DNA of 64,000 bases, taken from contig NC_052160.1 of the NCBI RefSeq assembly GCF_902713615.1, positions 94,040,493 through 94,104,492 on the forward strand. The letters are read 5' to 3'. Shown here piece after piece: positions 36,259-49,426 of the stretch. The DNA comes from Scyliorhinus canicula. Lineage: Eukaryota. The notes beneath the pieces were generated by a model, which was not told the DNA's origin, did not search any database, and saw only the letters and a list, made by a program, of their open reading frames with translations. The translations under genes and the position numbers were made by a program. Numbering within the stretch: position 1 is the stretch's first letter; the number at the start of each line of letters is the position of its first letter.

Positions 36259-37146
36259 ACAAACATGTTGGACTTAAACCTGGTGTTGGAAGACTTCTTA
36301 CTACATTTTGATAGATCTTGCCTGTTGTCTCTAAAAGTGTTGTCTTCTGGAAGTTCCTGTTCTACTAACACGGAGTGGTGGGTAAGATCATTTTAAGGCC
36401 TTAAAGTACCCTTCTGAGGTACAAGTTCTATGCAATTGGAGCCAAGCCTAATTCTGCCTCTCCTCTTGAATTCAAGCCTGGACTGGCCAGTCCATGCTTC
36501 TTTTGCAATGAGTTGGTGGTGAGACAGGACATTGTCAGGATCCTCTTCTTAATCCCTGTCTGTCCCTTGTTTTTCCTTTTCATTTCTGTTATTCAGCTAT
36601 TTCAAGGTTTGTACCTAACAATTAATGGGACCTATGCCTTTAAGATTAATTTTACTGTTAATTTTAAAACAGGAAACTGTTTGGTCTAACATCAGTGATA
36701 AGACCACTTGATGGACTTGGCTGGCAGCCAATGAGCTGTTTTACATTGCTGGGGCTCAGCTGATACTCAATGTTGATTGATGTTGACTGTCCCTATATGC
36801 ACCATTCATGCCAGAATGAAACTATCATCTTCTCATACACTCGCTCTACATTGTGAAGCAACTGCCTTATCTCGAGTCCTTCCACAGGCATTTCTCCTTA
36901 TCTTGTTAATCATAGACCACGTGGCAGAAGAGATCAAGGAATGTATTTATTTCAAATAGCAAATCAGTCACTGAGGCATAGTTCAGCCAAGGGCCTGTCC
37001 CCACAGACTGTTTGAACACTATGAAGCTGGTTCAGAGCTTTATCACTCATCAATCTAATTGGTTACTTGCTTTTTCTTTTTGCTGTGGCATGACAAAGCA
37101 CTGAGATTCAATCTTTCTTTTCAATGCAACTTTTAAGAAGAAACAT

Positions 37147-37825
37147 GGGCGAAATTCTCTGACCCCCAGCAGGGGCCGCCGAAAATCCGGCCCCTGCCGT
37201 GGCAGAGATTCTCCGCCACCCGGGAAGTGGCGGCGGCGGAATCACGCCACTCTGATCGGCGCGGCCCCTGTGGTGATTCTTCAGCCCGGATGGGCCGAAG
37301 TCCCGCCGCTGGGAGGGCTCTCCCGCCTCCGAGATATGAACCACCTCTGTAACGGTGGGATCAGCGGTGCGAGCGGGCCCCTGGGGTCCTGGGGGGTCGG
37401 GGGGCGATCGGACCCCGGGGGATGCCACCACGGTGGCCAGTCCCGCGATCGGGGCCCCCCGCTTAGATTCCGGGCCAGTGCCCTGGGTGCACTATTTGTG
37501 TTCCGCGGCTGCCACGGCCTCCGCCGTGGCGGAAGCGGAAGAGAAACCCACATCGCGCTTGCGCCGGTGGTGACGTCAGCGGCAGCTGGCCGCTGACGTC
37601 ACTGCCGGCGCATGCGCCGACCGGCGAAAGCCTTTCGGCCAGCCCCGCTGCCGGGGGCGCCGGTTTTTTGCGCCAGTCTTCTGGTGCCAACCGCTCCGGC
37701 GCGGGGCTAGCCCTCAAAGGTGGGGAGAATTCCCCACCTTTGGGGAGGCCTGACCCCTGAGTGGTTGGCGCCACTCCCCTACGCCGGCACCCTCCGTCAC
37801 GCCGGGTAGGGGGAGAATCCAGCCC
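37147..37825. mobile_element. Complete Harbinger-type MITE with CAT TSD
   Basis: Ends gggcgaaattctc / ggagaatccagccc; CAT at 37144-37146 and 37826-37828. Confidence 0.88.
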
Positions 37826-37853
37826 CATGAGTCAGTTTTACAAGGGAAAACAG

Positions 37854-38514
37854 GGGCGCGATTCTCCGCTGCCCACGACGGGTCAGAGAATAGCGGGAGG
37901 GCCTTCCCGACAATTTTCACGGCCTCCCGCTATTCTCCCCCGCCTCCGGCCGCCCCCCGACACAAATTGCTGCTCGCCGTTTTTTACGCCGAACAGCAAT
38001 TCTCCGCAGGCCGATGGGCCGAATGCCGTGGAGTTTACGGCCATTTTCACGGCCGCAATCACACCTGCTTTCAGTGTTCATGAAAACGGCCGCAAAGTGC
38101 CTGTCCCGGACAACCATGGCACCGATTGGCACGGGCCTGCGATCGGTGGGCACCGATCGCGGGCAGCGGGTCCGATACCCGCGCACTATTTGTTCTTCCA
38201 TCGCCCGCAGGATCAGTCCGCGGGGCGGCTGAGGGGCATGATGGCCCACGCATGCGCGGGATTGATGCGTCTGCGTGATGACGTCATCCGCGCATGCGCG
38301 GCTGACGTCATCGTGCGCGTCAGCCGCAGTGACTCTTGGCGGGCGGAGTGAGCGATGTTCGCTAACTCTGCGTCGCCGTGATTTTCCCGGCCCCGATACT
38401 AGCCCCGCCCGGGGGGGAGAATCGGGTCCCGGGACGGAGCTCCGAGTCTGGCGTGAAACACGGCCAGTTTCACGCCAGCCTTCACGGCACCCAGATCTGC
38501 GGAGAATCGCGCCC
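37854..38514. mobile_element. Complete Harbinger-type MITE with CAG TSD
   Basis: Perfect TIR gggcgcgattctccgc / gcggagaatcgcgccc; CAG at 37851-37853 and 38515-38517. Confidence 0.9.
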
Positions 38515-39751
38515 CAGATGTTTTGCTGCTTAGAGCTAACCACCTATATCGCTGGGCCTGTTACAACAGGCTGGATTGTTCTATATGGTCAAATGAGATC
38601 CTGAGCCCACACTTGATGAAACAATGCAGGGGGCCTCCTATTGAGGACATCAGGCTCCCGATGTTGCAGGCCTGACCAAGGGACCACTAACCTTGGAGCC
38701 TTAGATGACCCACCAGAAGAGATGGACATTGATGAGACAGGTTATGGACCTAGAGAGCACCTCAACATGGAGATGTTCTCAGAACCGTGAATCAAAATCA
38801 AATATTACAAGACCTGAGGCTGGTAGGCCTTTGAACCAGAGAGACCAGCCTCCAGAGGAATAGTTTGGGCCACATGTGTGATTTTTCCTGCACTGGGGTC
38901 CTGTTATTGGGGCATGGAGCCTGTGCTTTTGATGGACCCTCAGCTTGCTGCAGCGCGCATGCCACACAGTGCGGGGGAGGGGGGCTCTGCCAATGGTAAA
39001 AATATGGCAATGTCTCAAAATCATCACTTAATGGGGCCTTAAGCAATGTATACTTCTGCCCATCTCTGTGGAGTGAGCGGCCAATCCTAGTCCCAGCCCA
39101 CATACCCTGGTAAATTTCCAAGCTGGCACTCTTGCCCCCATATCCATTGAAGCCTTTGTGTGGACAGGTCACCTACTTCTCTACCCTCCCTGTGAAAATG
39201 CAGCAAGACTCTCTGGAAAATCCGGCAACTGACCACAACTTCCCCAAGTACTTCACCATACAAAAGGTTCCAAAAGTATAACTTAGCTGCAATCAGGATG
39301 ATCTTGGCTCAAACGCAAGACCATTTTGCAGCATGACACATGCTTTTTCCAGTTTGCTTGTAAAATATTCTTCTGAATGACACAAATGCTGCCTGGACAT
39401 TTGTTGCTCAAGTTTGGTATTCTGGCTTTGCATCAACGGATTGAGCTGTGTGATATCAGGCAAATGGAGCCTTCCAGAACATTCTCCTCTTCGTGGGTCA
39501 TGCAAGATGTGGCTGGTGGTGGAGGGCACTTAGGCCGCAAGGAGTAAAATTACACCGGGCAGTCTCTCACCTTTGAACCCTGAATGCCAGAAATGTGCCA
39601 GGTTTCGTTCCTGACCTGTGCCGGGTTAGCTGATCCCGATCTGACCAGTAGCTGGGTGAAGGAAAAGCGAATCACAATGGCCCCATCCATGATCCCTAAA
39701 TGATCATCCATAGTACAAGCATACATTTGTAGATGGTGAGAAGGGCAGGAT

Positions 39752-39980
39752 GGGCGGCATGGTGACCCAGTGGTTAGCACTGCTGCCAGCGTCGCTGAGG
39801 ACCCGGGTTCGATCCTGGTCCTGGGTCACTGTCCGTGTGGAGTTTGCACATTCTCCCCGTGTCTGTGTGGGTCTCACCCCCACAACCCAAACATATGCTG
39901 AGTAGTTGGATTGGCCACGTTAAATTGTCCCTTAATTGGAAAAAAAATAATTGGATACTCTAAATGTAAATGAAAAAAAA
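39752..39980 (+). mobile_element. V-SINE-type SINE with A-rich tail and 14-bp TSD
   Basis: GAGAAGGGCAGGAT at 39738-39751 and 39981-39994. Confidence 0.9.
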
Positions 39981-40849
39981 GAGAAGGGCAGGATCAGTGT
40001 TGGCTCAGATGTCCTCCATTGTGAGATAGTCTGGTAGCACTTACTGTTAATGCCTCATGCATGGAATGGCTACTAGGGCAAAGTGATGAAGAGTTGCCCT
40101 TATACTGGGATGATGCTGACACGAGGACTGGGGTAAATCAGAAAAAAAATTCAAACAGTGACCATAGGCTCAGACATCGCGCAACAGTTAGATGTTCATG
40201 TTCCCTATTCCATTGAAACTGTCAGCAGCTCCTGGAGGCCACACATGCACAGCATAAAACATCCAGAGGTTGCTGTCAGTTCTTCTACACTTCTTCAGAG
40301 GGTGTGCTGTTGGTCCTGCCAGCTACCCCTGCACTGCTCCCCACCCTCCCTCCACCCCAGGCTGCAATCATCAACAGAACAGATGAGAACTTCTACCCAT
40401 TCACTAGGCGACTCGCTCTGAAAGCCTTTGACAAAGCTACGCCTTGTTGAATGGAGTTTTAATGCCATGTTAGTTTTATAATTGTTCCTAAACACCCTCA
40501 TAAGCCCTGTGAAGCTAATTTTATATTTTGGAATGTTAAAAATCTATGTGTCCGATGAAGTGTTACCTCTAACTTAATAACTCAATCATTTATTTTGCGA
40601 ACTGAAAATTAAAGGCAAAGAATATTGACTTCCTGGTTTGCTGAGTGTGAATACTGACAGCTGATTGGCTGCTCATGTGCTTGCTGAGATCACCACTATT
40701 GCCAAGAGATCCCCTTGACTTGGAACCAGTTTAAGCCTTCAGGAAAGGGAAAGCCCCATTAGATCTCTTCAAGATCAGCTGCTACTGCCTTTTTTCACCA
40801 CTGGGGCAATTGTAGGATTGATAGAATAAAAGCTCAGGAGGCCCAATAA

Positions 40850-43800
40850 GGTAAATCCAAAAGAAGTTGAATTCAACAACAGAAGTAAAGCTGCAACACA
40901 GCTTGCAGCTCCAAGATCACAGACAGGACTACTGCTCACGCTAGTCCCAATTGGGGCCGGCCTTTATGAAGCGATTTCCATGAGCTCCAGTTAATGGGCC
41001 TCCACCTAGTAGCGGAAGAATTTGTATTCCACAACTCCCACAGGGAGTTCAATTGGGGTGTCCCCATGGGTCTCATGGGGGTTATTACATTCCTTCTCTG
41101 CCAAAGTCCTAAGGTCCCCCGGTAGCCGGTTGTAGAGGGGGTCGATTTCACCATTTGGCCCGTGTATTGGCTGTGTTTTTTGTGTCCAGATCAGGGGCGT
41201 GTATTGGGTTGGCGAGCTCTTTTTTCACGCTGAACTTCGAGGGGGCCATGGCAGAGGTCATTATCCACAGAAAATAGAAGCAGGAGGAAGCCATTCACGC
41301 CTGCTCTGACATTCAATATGATCATGGCGGGTCATCCAATTCATTGGCCTAATTCTGCCTCCCCTCGCCCCATATACTTTGATCCACATCACCCCAAGTG
41401 CTCTATCTAACTGCTTCTTGAAAATATACACAGTGGAATTCTCTGTTCCTGAGACTAAGTGTTGATGCCAGGGCAGGATTCATGGACTTTCACGGCAGCA
41501 GAACTGGCGCCGCACCCGGACCGATTCAGCTAGCACCGGCACCACGTGGAACACAACCAATTCCAATGAGAAATGGTGCAGGATCCATTGGGTCCATGAC
41601 AGACATTCAGGAGGCTGACAAACTGCAGCCACATATACATATTACAATCCCCGCACGCACTCATCCCAGCCAACAAGATGGCACTGGTTGCACTTGACCA
41701 TGCCCATACAACTGATGAATCGGCTGGGGCCAGAGGGCACCGAGCAGGGTGGCCTGAGAAGAAACGTCCATACGATCCATGGCCCTAAGTTCACAGTGGG
41801 CTGTCAGCAGTGTGTGCAGCTGCATGGCTGCCTTGCTGGCTGCAGCACTGGTGTTCTGTGCCCTTCCACCCGACCCCACAGCCCACCGCCTGGCCACCCC
41901 GTTACTCCCCCTGGCCCTGGCAGAAGCCCCGCTGGCCAGCAACATAACTGTCAGCAAACCATGGCAATGTTGGACACTTTCTGTACCCCTCTCTCTCCCT
42001 CAGCAGCCATGGCGCCTGTTTAATAATTTTTGAAAGTACAAGTGAACCTTGCCTCCAGGAATTCCCCCAGTTGAGGCTGAGAATCGCGGAGGCCCCGCAG
42101 ACTACCAGGTCAAGGCCACCAATGATATGCAAGCGGTGTTTACTGTATGTGCGGAGTTAACGCATTGACGCCGCTGTCGACATATCGGAGAATTACAATT
42201 TGGCCAGAAACCGGCGTCCGCCACCATTTCGCCGTCAAAACCGATTTTCCGCCCAATCGCGTTTCCGGCATCAGCCGACGGAGAATCCCACTCAAATTGT
42301 TTCCGTGTCAAATACTTTCTGTGGTAATGAATTCCACAGGCTCATCACTCTCTGGGTGAAGAAATTTCTCCTCACCTCTGTCCTAAATGGTCTACCCCAT
42401 ATCCTCAGACTGTGACGCCTAGTTCTGGAACCCCACCATCAGGGATATCCTTCTTGTATCTACCTTGTCTAGTCCTATTATAATTTTATAGGTTTTAATG
42501 AGGTCCCCCCTCATTCTTCTGAACTCCAACAAATACCACCCTAACCCACTCAATCTCTCCTCATATATCCATCCTGCCATCCTAGAAATCAGTCTAGTAA
42601 ACCTTCTCTGCGCTCCATCTGACCATAATGTCCTCTGAAAGTACTGAGGATTCTGTGTCCATATCAGATGCTGAATCATCCTCATTCTGCTGGCCTGGGC
42701 ACAGGTCTCTGGTGGGGAGTGCCCCTTGGTTCGAGGATGGCAGACGTGGGGGCAGCAAAGGGCCAATTCATCTGACGTAGTTTGCTCTGGGGCAGGTTCC
42801 CTGTCTTTGAGGTGGCTCATGTGCTTTCGCAGGTCCGATCTCCAGTCTTGACCATGTCAGAGACTGGTCCTAATCACTTCACTGTGGTCCCTGGGATCCA
42901 CTGAAATTTTGAGCGTGGACCAGGTCCCCATGTTTAAATCTTCTGTCGCACATCCGATAATCATGATACTTCTTCTGGCCTATCAGCAACTCTGCCGGCA
43001 CTATCCCAGTAATAGCATATGGTGTAGTTTGGTAAGTAAATAGGAATCGTGCAAGGTTTGTATTAACTGACCATGCAGCCTGTTTTTTAATGCCCTACTT
43101 AAATGTCTGGACTGACTGTTCTGCCAGACCATTGATGATGGGTGATATGGGGCAGCTTGCGTGTGTTTCACCCAATTAGTGTGCACAAATCCTTGAAATT
43201 CCTCCCTGGTAAAGGGGGTCCTATTGTCAGTGACAATCACCTCTGGAATCCTATGGGTGCTAAAGGACTGGTGTAACTTTTCTATGGTGCCATGTGAAGT
43301 GGTGGAAGACATACTGTGCACGTCCATCCACTTTGAGTGGCCATTGATCAGGAGCAGAAACACTGATCCCAGGAAGGGCGGAGCGAAGTGGGCATGCAAC
43401 CCAGGGCATCCCGACCATTCCCACCGGTGGAGCGAGGCTGATGGATGGAGTTTCTGGAGCTCCTGGCAAGACACACATTGCTGCACCATTCACTCGATGT
43501 CACTGTCGAGCTCGGTCCATCACATGTAACATCCTGTGAGCATCTTCATTTGAGAAATCCCCAGGGTGTCCGCTATGCACGTCCTGCAAGATGGTTCGTC
43601 GGCCTGGGCGCAGGACAATCACGCGGGCTCCCCACAGGATGATGCTGTCCTACACACTGAGCTCCTGCTGTTATGTCACTTCGTCCTGCAGTTCCTCTGG
43701 GAGTTTCCCCTACAATCTGCCATGTAGGACGACGTGGTACGGTTTTGCAAATACAGAGTCCATTTGGGTCCATGCACGGATTTGAGTGGCCATGACAGGT

Positions 43801-46085
43801 AATGTGTCCATAAAGTTTAATACCAGCATGACTTTGAACACTACTGGCGGGGATGGGGCGATTACAGGCAGTGAGAGTTTGCTAAGGGCATCCGAGTGTG
43901 CAATCTATGTGCCTGGACGATATTCTAACCTGTATTAGAACAACAGCAAAGCCCACCGTTGAATCCTGCCTGAAGTTATCGGTAGTATCAAGTTATCCTC
44001 ATTGAATTGGCCGAGTAGGGGCTTCATGATTATTGTAAAATGATGCGTGCAGACAGACTGATGGAATTTCTTAACTGCAGAAATCATGGCCAGACCTTCT
44101 TTTTGAATCTGCACATAATGGCGCTCCGCGTTGGCCAGGGTCCTGAATGCATAGGCTATTAGCCTTTCTGTCCCATCGTCTCACCAATACGACAACCTGC
44201 CCCAACGCCATATGGAGAGGCGACAGATGTGAGGATGAGTGGCTTTGATGGGTCATTATGTGTTGACAAATTTGAAGATAACAGCTGGTAAATGCTTCAA
44301 CAGGTTAGGGATAAACTTCCTGTAATAACTGACAAGTCCCTGGAAGGACCTCAGCTCTGTCACGGTCTCAGGTGTCGGGGCTCTCTTAATGGCCTGGACC
44401 GGGTGCAACCTATCCTTATTGACGGGTGTCACAAACATGTGACCTCTTTCACCAAGAAAACTCACTTGCCCCTTTTCAGGCGAACACCCATGGTCGACCG
44501 TTGAATGTCCTCTTCTAGGTTGCCCAGGTGTTCCTCTTCGGTGGCTCCTGCAGTATGTACATCATTCAGACAGACAGCCACCCTGGGAAGCCCTTGGGAG
44601 ATATTTTCCATCACCTGCTGGAAAGTTGCACACACCAATGATACCCCGAATGGAAGCTGGGTGTACTCATACAGCCCCTGTGGGTATTGATGATGATGTA
44701 TTTCCTAGATGCCTCATTTAACTCCGGCTGGAGGTGCATGTGCCTCGTGTCCAGTTTTGTGAAGGAGTGGCCCCCAGCTAACTTTGCATACAGGTTCTCT
44801 ACAATTGGCATGGGGTACCTGTCCAGGCAGAAGGCCTTGTTGACAGTCATTTTATAGTCATCACACAGGCAAACAGATTTGTCTGGCTTCAGAACCAGGA
44901 CGACTGGCACTGCCCACTCTATGAACTGGACCGGGCGTACGATGCCCAGGTTCTCCAGCCAGCTCAGCTCCTCATCCATCTTCGACAGCCAGGCGTATGG
45001 GACCAAACGGTCTTTAACTATTTGGGCTGCGCCTCTGGGTCGATGTAGATTTTAGCTGTAGCCCCCTTTATCTTCCCCAGGCCGTCCTGGAAAATATCTG
45101 GCTACTTTCCAAGGACATAGTACAAACCACCAGAACCTATCTAAAAAATCTTATGCCAGTCCAAGCAGAGTGATTGTAACCAGCCTGGCCAAGGAGCCTG
45201 GATCCGGGCCCCAGCACCACTACTAATGGTAGCTGGACAGACTACTGTCCCTGGGTAACCGGGGCCAGCGTGGTCCTAATAATGGTCAACGGTTATCCGG
45301 TGTATGTTGCCAGCCAGTCCTTGGTATCCATCAAGCCCAGGTTCTGGATCCCCAAATTTAGCTTATGGAAGTTCTGTTGTCCAATAATTGAAACAGCAGC
45401 CCCTGTATCAATTTCCATATCCAAGGGGTGATAATTAACTTGGAACGTTATTCTTATTGGGGCTACTTTGGGGGCCCTGATGCAGTCATCATCCTCGGGC
45501 AGGGCAATGTGCAAAGCCCTGGTGTGAGGTGCTTGTGTCATGTGGCGATGCATTCGCTGGTGATTCAGGTGGCCTTAATCTCCATGGTTTCTGTGAGCGC
45601 GAGAGCAGCACCGATATGGGTATTCCTCACTATCCTCTGGGGAGGTGTCTGTGGCAGCCCTTGATCAGCGGGTCTGACCTGACCTTGACGCTGTTTTGGA
45701 GGGGACTGTGTTGTGTAAGTCCTATCCTTAGGGGGCATCACTCATTGGAATGGGAGCTGGCCAACACTGTGCACGTTGTAGCCCATGGAACCCCGGAGTG
45801 CCTGAACCCTCCTTTCCGTGCTCTCACAGGAGAGTGACAACTCTATGGCTCCTTTTAGTTCCAAGGCTGGTTCTGCGAACAGCTTCCTTTGGGTCGCCTC
45901 ATTGTTCAAGCCACAGACCAACCAATCCTTAAAATAACTATTTACAGATTGAGATAAAGGCTATCATACTCCATGGTCCTAAACTACTAACCAAGAATAA
46001 AACCCACGCTCAGCCTCAGGACTCGCGCACTCCGTCCTGTTTGGCCCTACGAGTCACATGATCCTTAAAGGGGCATGCTACTACA
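40850..46085 (-). mobile_element. Decayed Ty3/Gypsy relic with nested CR1 and MITE
   Basis: Protease MEIDTGAAVSII (45293-45553), RT WAVPVVLVLKPD and FTKLD (44611-45006), integrase HRIPEVIVTDN and APYHPSS (43001-43489); LTR-like segments ending ...ttattaca (~41089) and ...ctactaca (~46085). Confidence 0.8.
41270..42620 (-). mobile_element. CR1 3' fragment split by a MITE at 41431-42293
   Basis: CR1 tail at 41270-41430 resumes at 42294 (LEFRRMRGDLIKTYKI); MITE ends cagtggaattctc / gagaatcccactc. Confidence 0.8.
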
Positions 46086-46844
46086 AGGAGAATTTTCCTT
46101 GTCTCCTGCATTGTGAGAGGTGCTGGAAGAATCTCCTCTGATAGGAGAGCACTGACTTCTGCAAAATTATACAATCAATCGTGCGGGTGGGGGGGGGGGG
46201 GATGCAGATCACACAAAAGGCACTTGCTGCAATATCATTACTTTGCATCGTGACATTCAAATATTGTTGGGATGGGGAGATAGAGGAAGGTGCTCGGCAA
46301 CAGAGACAAAGCAGGTCTTTCCTGGAAGCAACGGATATTATCAAGAACCACACAAGGATTGCTGCCTCCTGAAATCACCCTTCCGGCCTGATGTGTGTAC
46401 TCCAGGAGTTGTGAATAATGAGTGTTTTCATTGCAGATAGATAATTGCTTCCCCTGAGTGGAATAAAATAAATAGCCGTCCCAGCTTCTCTGTGTCACCA
46501 ACAGTGAAATATCAACCCTCAGGCTACAACAGTACCATTTAGTCGGCAATTAATTCTTTGACTGGAGACACTGTGCTGAAGTGTGATATTTTATCATTAC
46601 CACTGATGTCAGCAGCCACTATTCATCTCTCAAAGAGCGAGGTACAGTCTCCAAAGCGAACGCTGTCCTTGTCATATTCAGTGAGAAGAATGCCTTAACA
46701 TTCCACAGGCATTGCAGCTATTGTCAAACCATTGGGACTGCTTTCAGATGAAGCCTGGCTGTTCTCTCTTCCACTGTAACTGATAATGTTCTCGGTCCGT
46801 CGACTGCGTTTGATATTGAGAATCTGACCTTGTTCAATTGCCAG

Positions 46845-46881
<37 letters not shown>

Positions 46882-47952
46882 TGCGAGGGAGGGCAAATTG
46901 TAATTAAGAGTTGGCACTTCATGGCTAGATACCAAACGCAATGCTTTTCATCCTAACTGATAATAGCCGTGCATGTATTCGCACCAGAACAATAATAAAA
47001 TGGTCGGGAATAATCATGATTAATGCTTTCCAGCAGCCTTCATCTGCTGTAAGGTGACAATTACAGACCTGTTCCCTCGTTAATGCTGGACAGGAAATGA
47101 TGAATGCCAAATCAGCAGGGCCTTGTAGGCCTTCAAGAAAATACAATAACAACCGAGTCACGGAAGCCTTTAAAGGAGATTCCGGGGGGAATATTCCTTG
47201 ACACAAAGCATTAAGATGAGGAACATTTGAGCAGAAATAATTAATGAAGAGACATTTCAATTAGGTGGAAGGGCACGGGTGAGAGGAAAAGGAGATATTT
47301 ATTTTACATGCTTTAATGAATGTTGTGCTCACTGAGGTGAAGAGAGGTAGACCCAGGAATTGGAATACACCCAGTTTGAACTCGCAGTGTTGGCATCAAG
47401 CACTCACAGGCCAGAGTAAAACTCACTCTATTTAAGAAAAAGATTCATCTCCTTTTTCTCAAATAAGGATGGGAATTAAATGCTGGCCTTGAAAGCCAGC
47501 CTAAACGGTTCAAAAAGCTCTGCCCCAACTCCATTTCTCACCTATTATTTGAGGGAATGGAAATGACTCGGGGTCAAAAGACAGATAAGGGGAGTTCTGT
47601 AGGTGTTTCTAAGCAGCATTTTTCCTATGATGGTAGTAATCGTTGTGGTGGTATGATTTGCATAGCTGTCTGCCATTGGTGCAGAACACCGGCTTACCAT
47701 TGGCCCTGGTCGGTCATGTGCCTCTCGACCGATTGGTTGAGACCAGTCATGTGACGGATCTCTGATTGGTCGAGAGGCTGAGTTAACCACGCCTCCATAC
47801 CGAGGTGTAAATAGTCAGAATGCCGGCGGTCGTCCATTTACTGTAGTCGACTGCAGGGCTAAGTTCTAGCTTATTAAAGCCTAACTTTTGTACAGCAACT
47901 CGTCTCCCGTTCGATTGATGGCTCATCAATTTAATAAGCTAGATTTTTGAAG

Positions 47953-48999
47953 ATGGAGTTCCGGATCAAGCCGGAATGCCTCCGCATCAGCCCGCAAACT
48001 CAGAACGTTTCAGTAATTTTTCAACATTGGCTGGCATGTCTCGAAGGTAGCCTGGAGTCTGCAAACAGCCCCCCCACCATGGCACAGAAGCTTCATGTCC
48101 TCCACTCCAGCATGGGCATAGCAGCCTACGCGATAATCAAGGAAGAGGAAGATTACGATGCGGCCATGCTTAAGCTGAATGGACAGTTTCTTAAACCAGT
48201 CAACAGAGTATTCGCCCGACATCTGCTGGCCACTAGACAACAGCTCCCCGGTGAGTCATTAGACCAATTTTACCAGGCCCTCGCTATCCTGGGCAGGAAT
48301 TGCTCCTGCCCCCAAGTTTCAGTAACGGAGCACATGGAACTGCTGATCAGAGATGCTTACATGGCTGGGATGCAGTCCCCCGCTATCCGCCAGCGGATGC
48401 TGGAGAAAGACGACCTCAGCTTAACTGAGGCACGGACTCTCTCCACCTCCCTGGAGGTCTCCACTATACACGCCCGCGCCTATGTCCCCAGCCGCACTGC
48501 AGCGTCCCGGGCCTCCTGGCACGCTTCTCCACTGCAATCCGCCGCGCCAATCTGCTCCCCCCCCCCCCCCCCCCCGCCGGGCCTTTCCGGGCCCCTCCAG
48601 CGCACCGCGCTAATCTCCCCCCCCCCCCCCCCCCCCCCCCACCGCCGGGCCCCTGCGTCTGGCCTGCGCGCCTCCCCCTCTCCTCTGGGGCCTTCCGGGC
48701 CCTTCCAGCGCACCGCACAACTCTCTCCCCATCCGGCGCCGGGCCCCTGCGCCTGGCCTGCGCACCTACCCCTCTCCTCCGGGGCCTTCCGGGCCCTTCC
48801 AGCGCACCGCGCAACTCTCTCCCCCCCGCCCCCGGGCCTATGCGCCTGGCCTGCGCGCCTCTCGGCCCCCGCTCTCAGCCGCCAAATCGGTTGCTGCTGT
48901 GCCGCGCAGCGACCGGGATCTCCTCAGCCTGGCCTTTCCGGGCCCCGCCAGCGCACCGCGCTAATCTCCCCCTCCCCGCCGCCGGGCCCCTGCGCCTGA
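47953..48999 (+). pseudogene. Gypsy gag; C-terminal part replaced by a GC-rich minisatellite
   Basis: FARHLLATRQQLPGESLDQF, LIRDAYMAGMQSPAIRQRMLE; no CCHC knuckle seen. Confidence 0.85.
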
Positions 49000-49370
49000 C
49001 CTGCGCGCCTCCCCCTCTCCTCCGGGGCCTTCCGGGCCCTTCCAGCGCACCGCACAACTCTCTCCCCATCCGGCGCTGGGCCCCTGCGCCTGGCCTGCGC
49101 ACCTACCCCTCTCCTCCGGGGCCTTCCGGGCCCTTCCAGCGCACCGCGCAACTCTCTCCCCCCCCGCCCCCGGGCCTATGCACCTGGCCTGCGCGCCTCT
49201 CGGCCCACGCTCTCAGCCGCCAAATCGGTTGCTGCTGTGCCGCGCAGCGACCGGGATCTCCTCCGCCGGGCCTTTCCGGGCCCCGCCAGCGCACCGCGCT
49301 AATCTCCCCCCTCCCCGCCGCCGGGCCCCTGCGCCTGGCCTGCAGCCTCTCGGCCCCCGCTCTCAGTCAC
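48540..49370 (+). repeat. Complex GC-rich minisatellite inside gag
   Basis: Repeated modules ccttccgggcccttccagcgcaccgc, gggcccctgcgcctggcctgcgc, ctctcagccgccaaatcggttgctgctg. Confidence 0.9.
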
Positions 49371-49426
49371 TCCGGTCGGCCCGCCGGAACCGCTAACCCC
49401 ACCCCGAGCAACGACGAGGGCTCCAT

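Noticed and set aside
32153-38604. Many overlapping 100-220 aa GC-rich ORFs
   Set aside because: They coincide with palindromic MITEs and show no domain motifs
46845-46879. Long poly-G/C homopolymers (also ~9522-9545 and ~55606-55647)
   Set aside because: Simple repeats whose lengths are unreliable in assemblies; no specific function supportable
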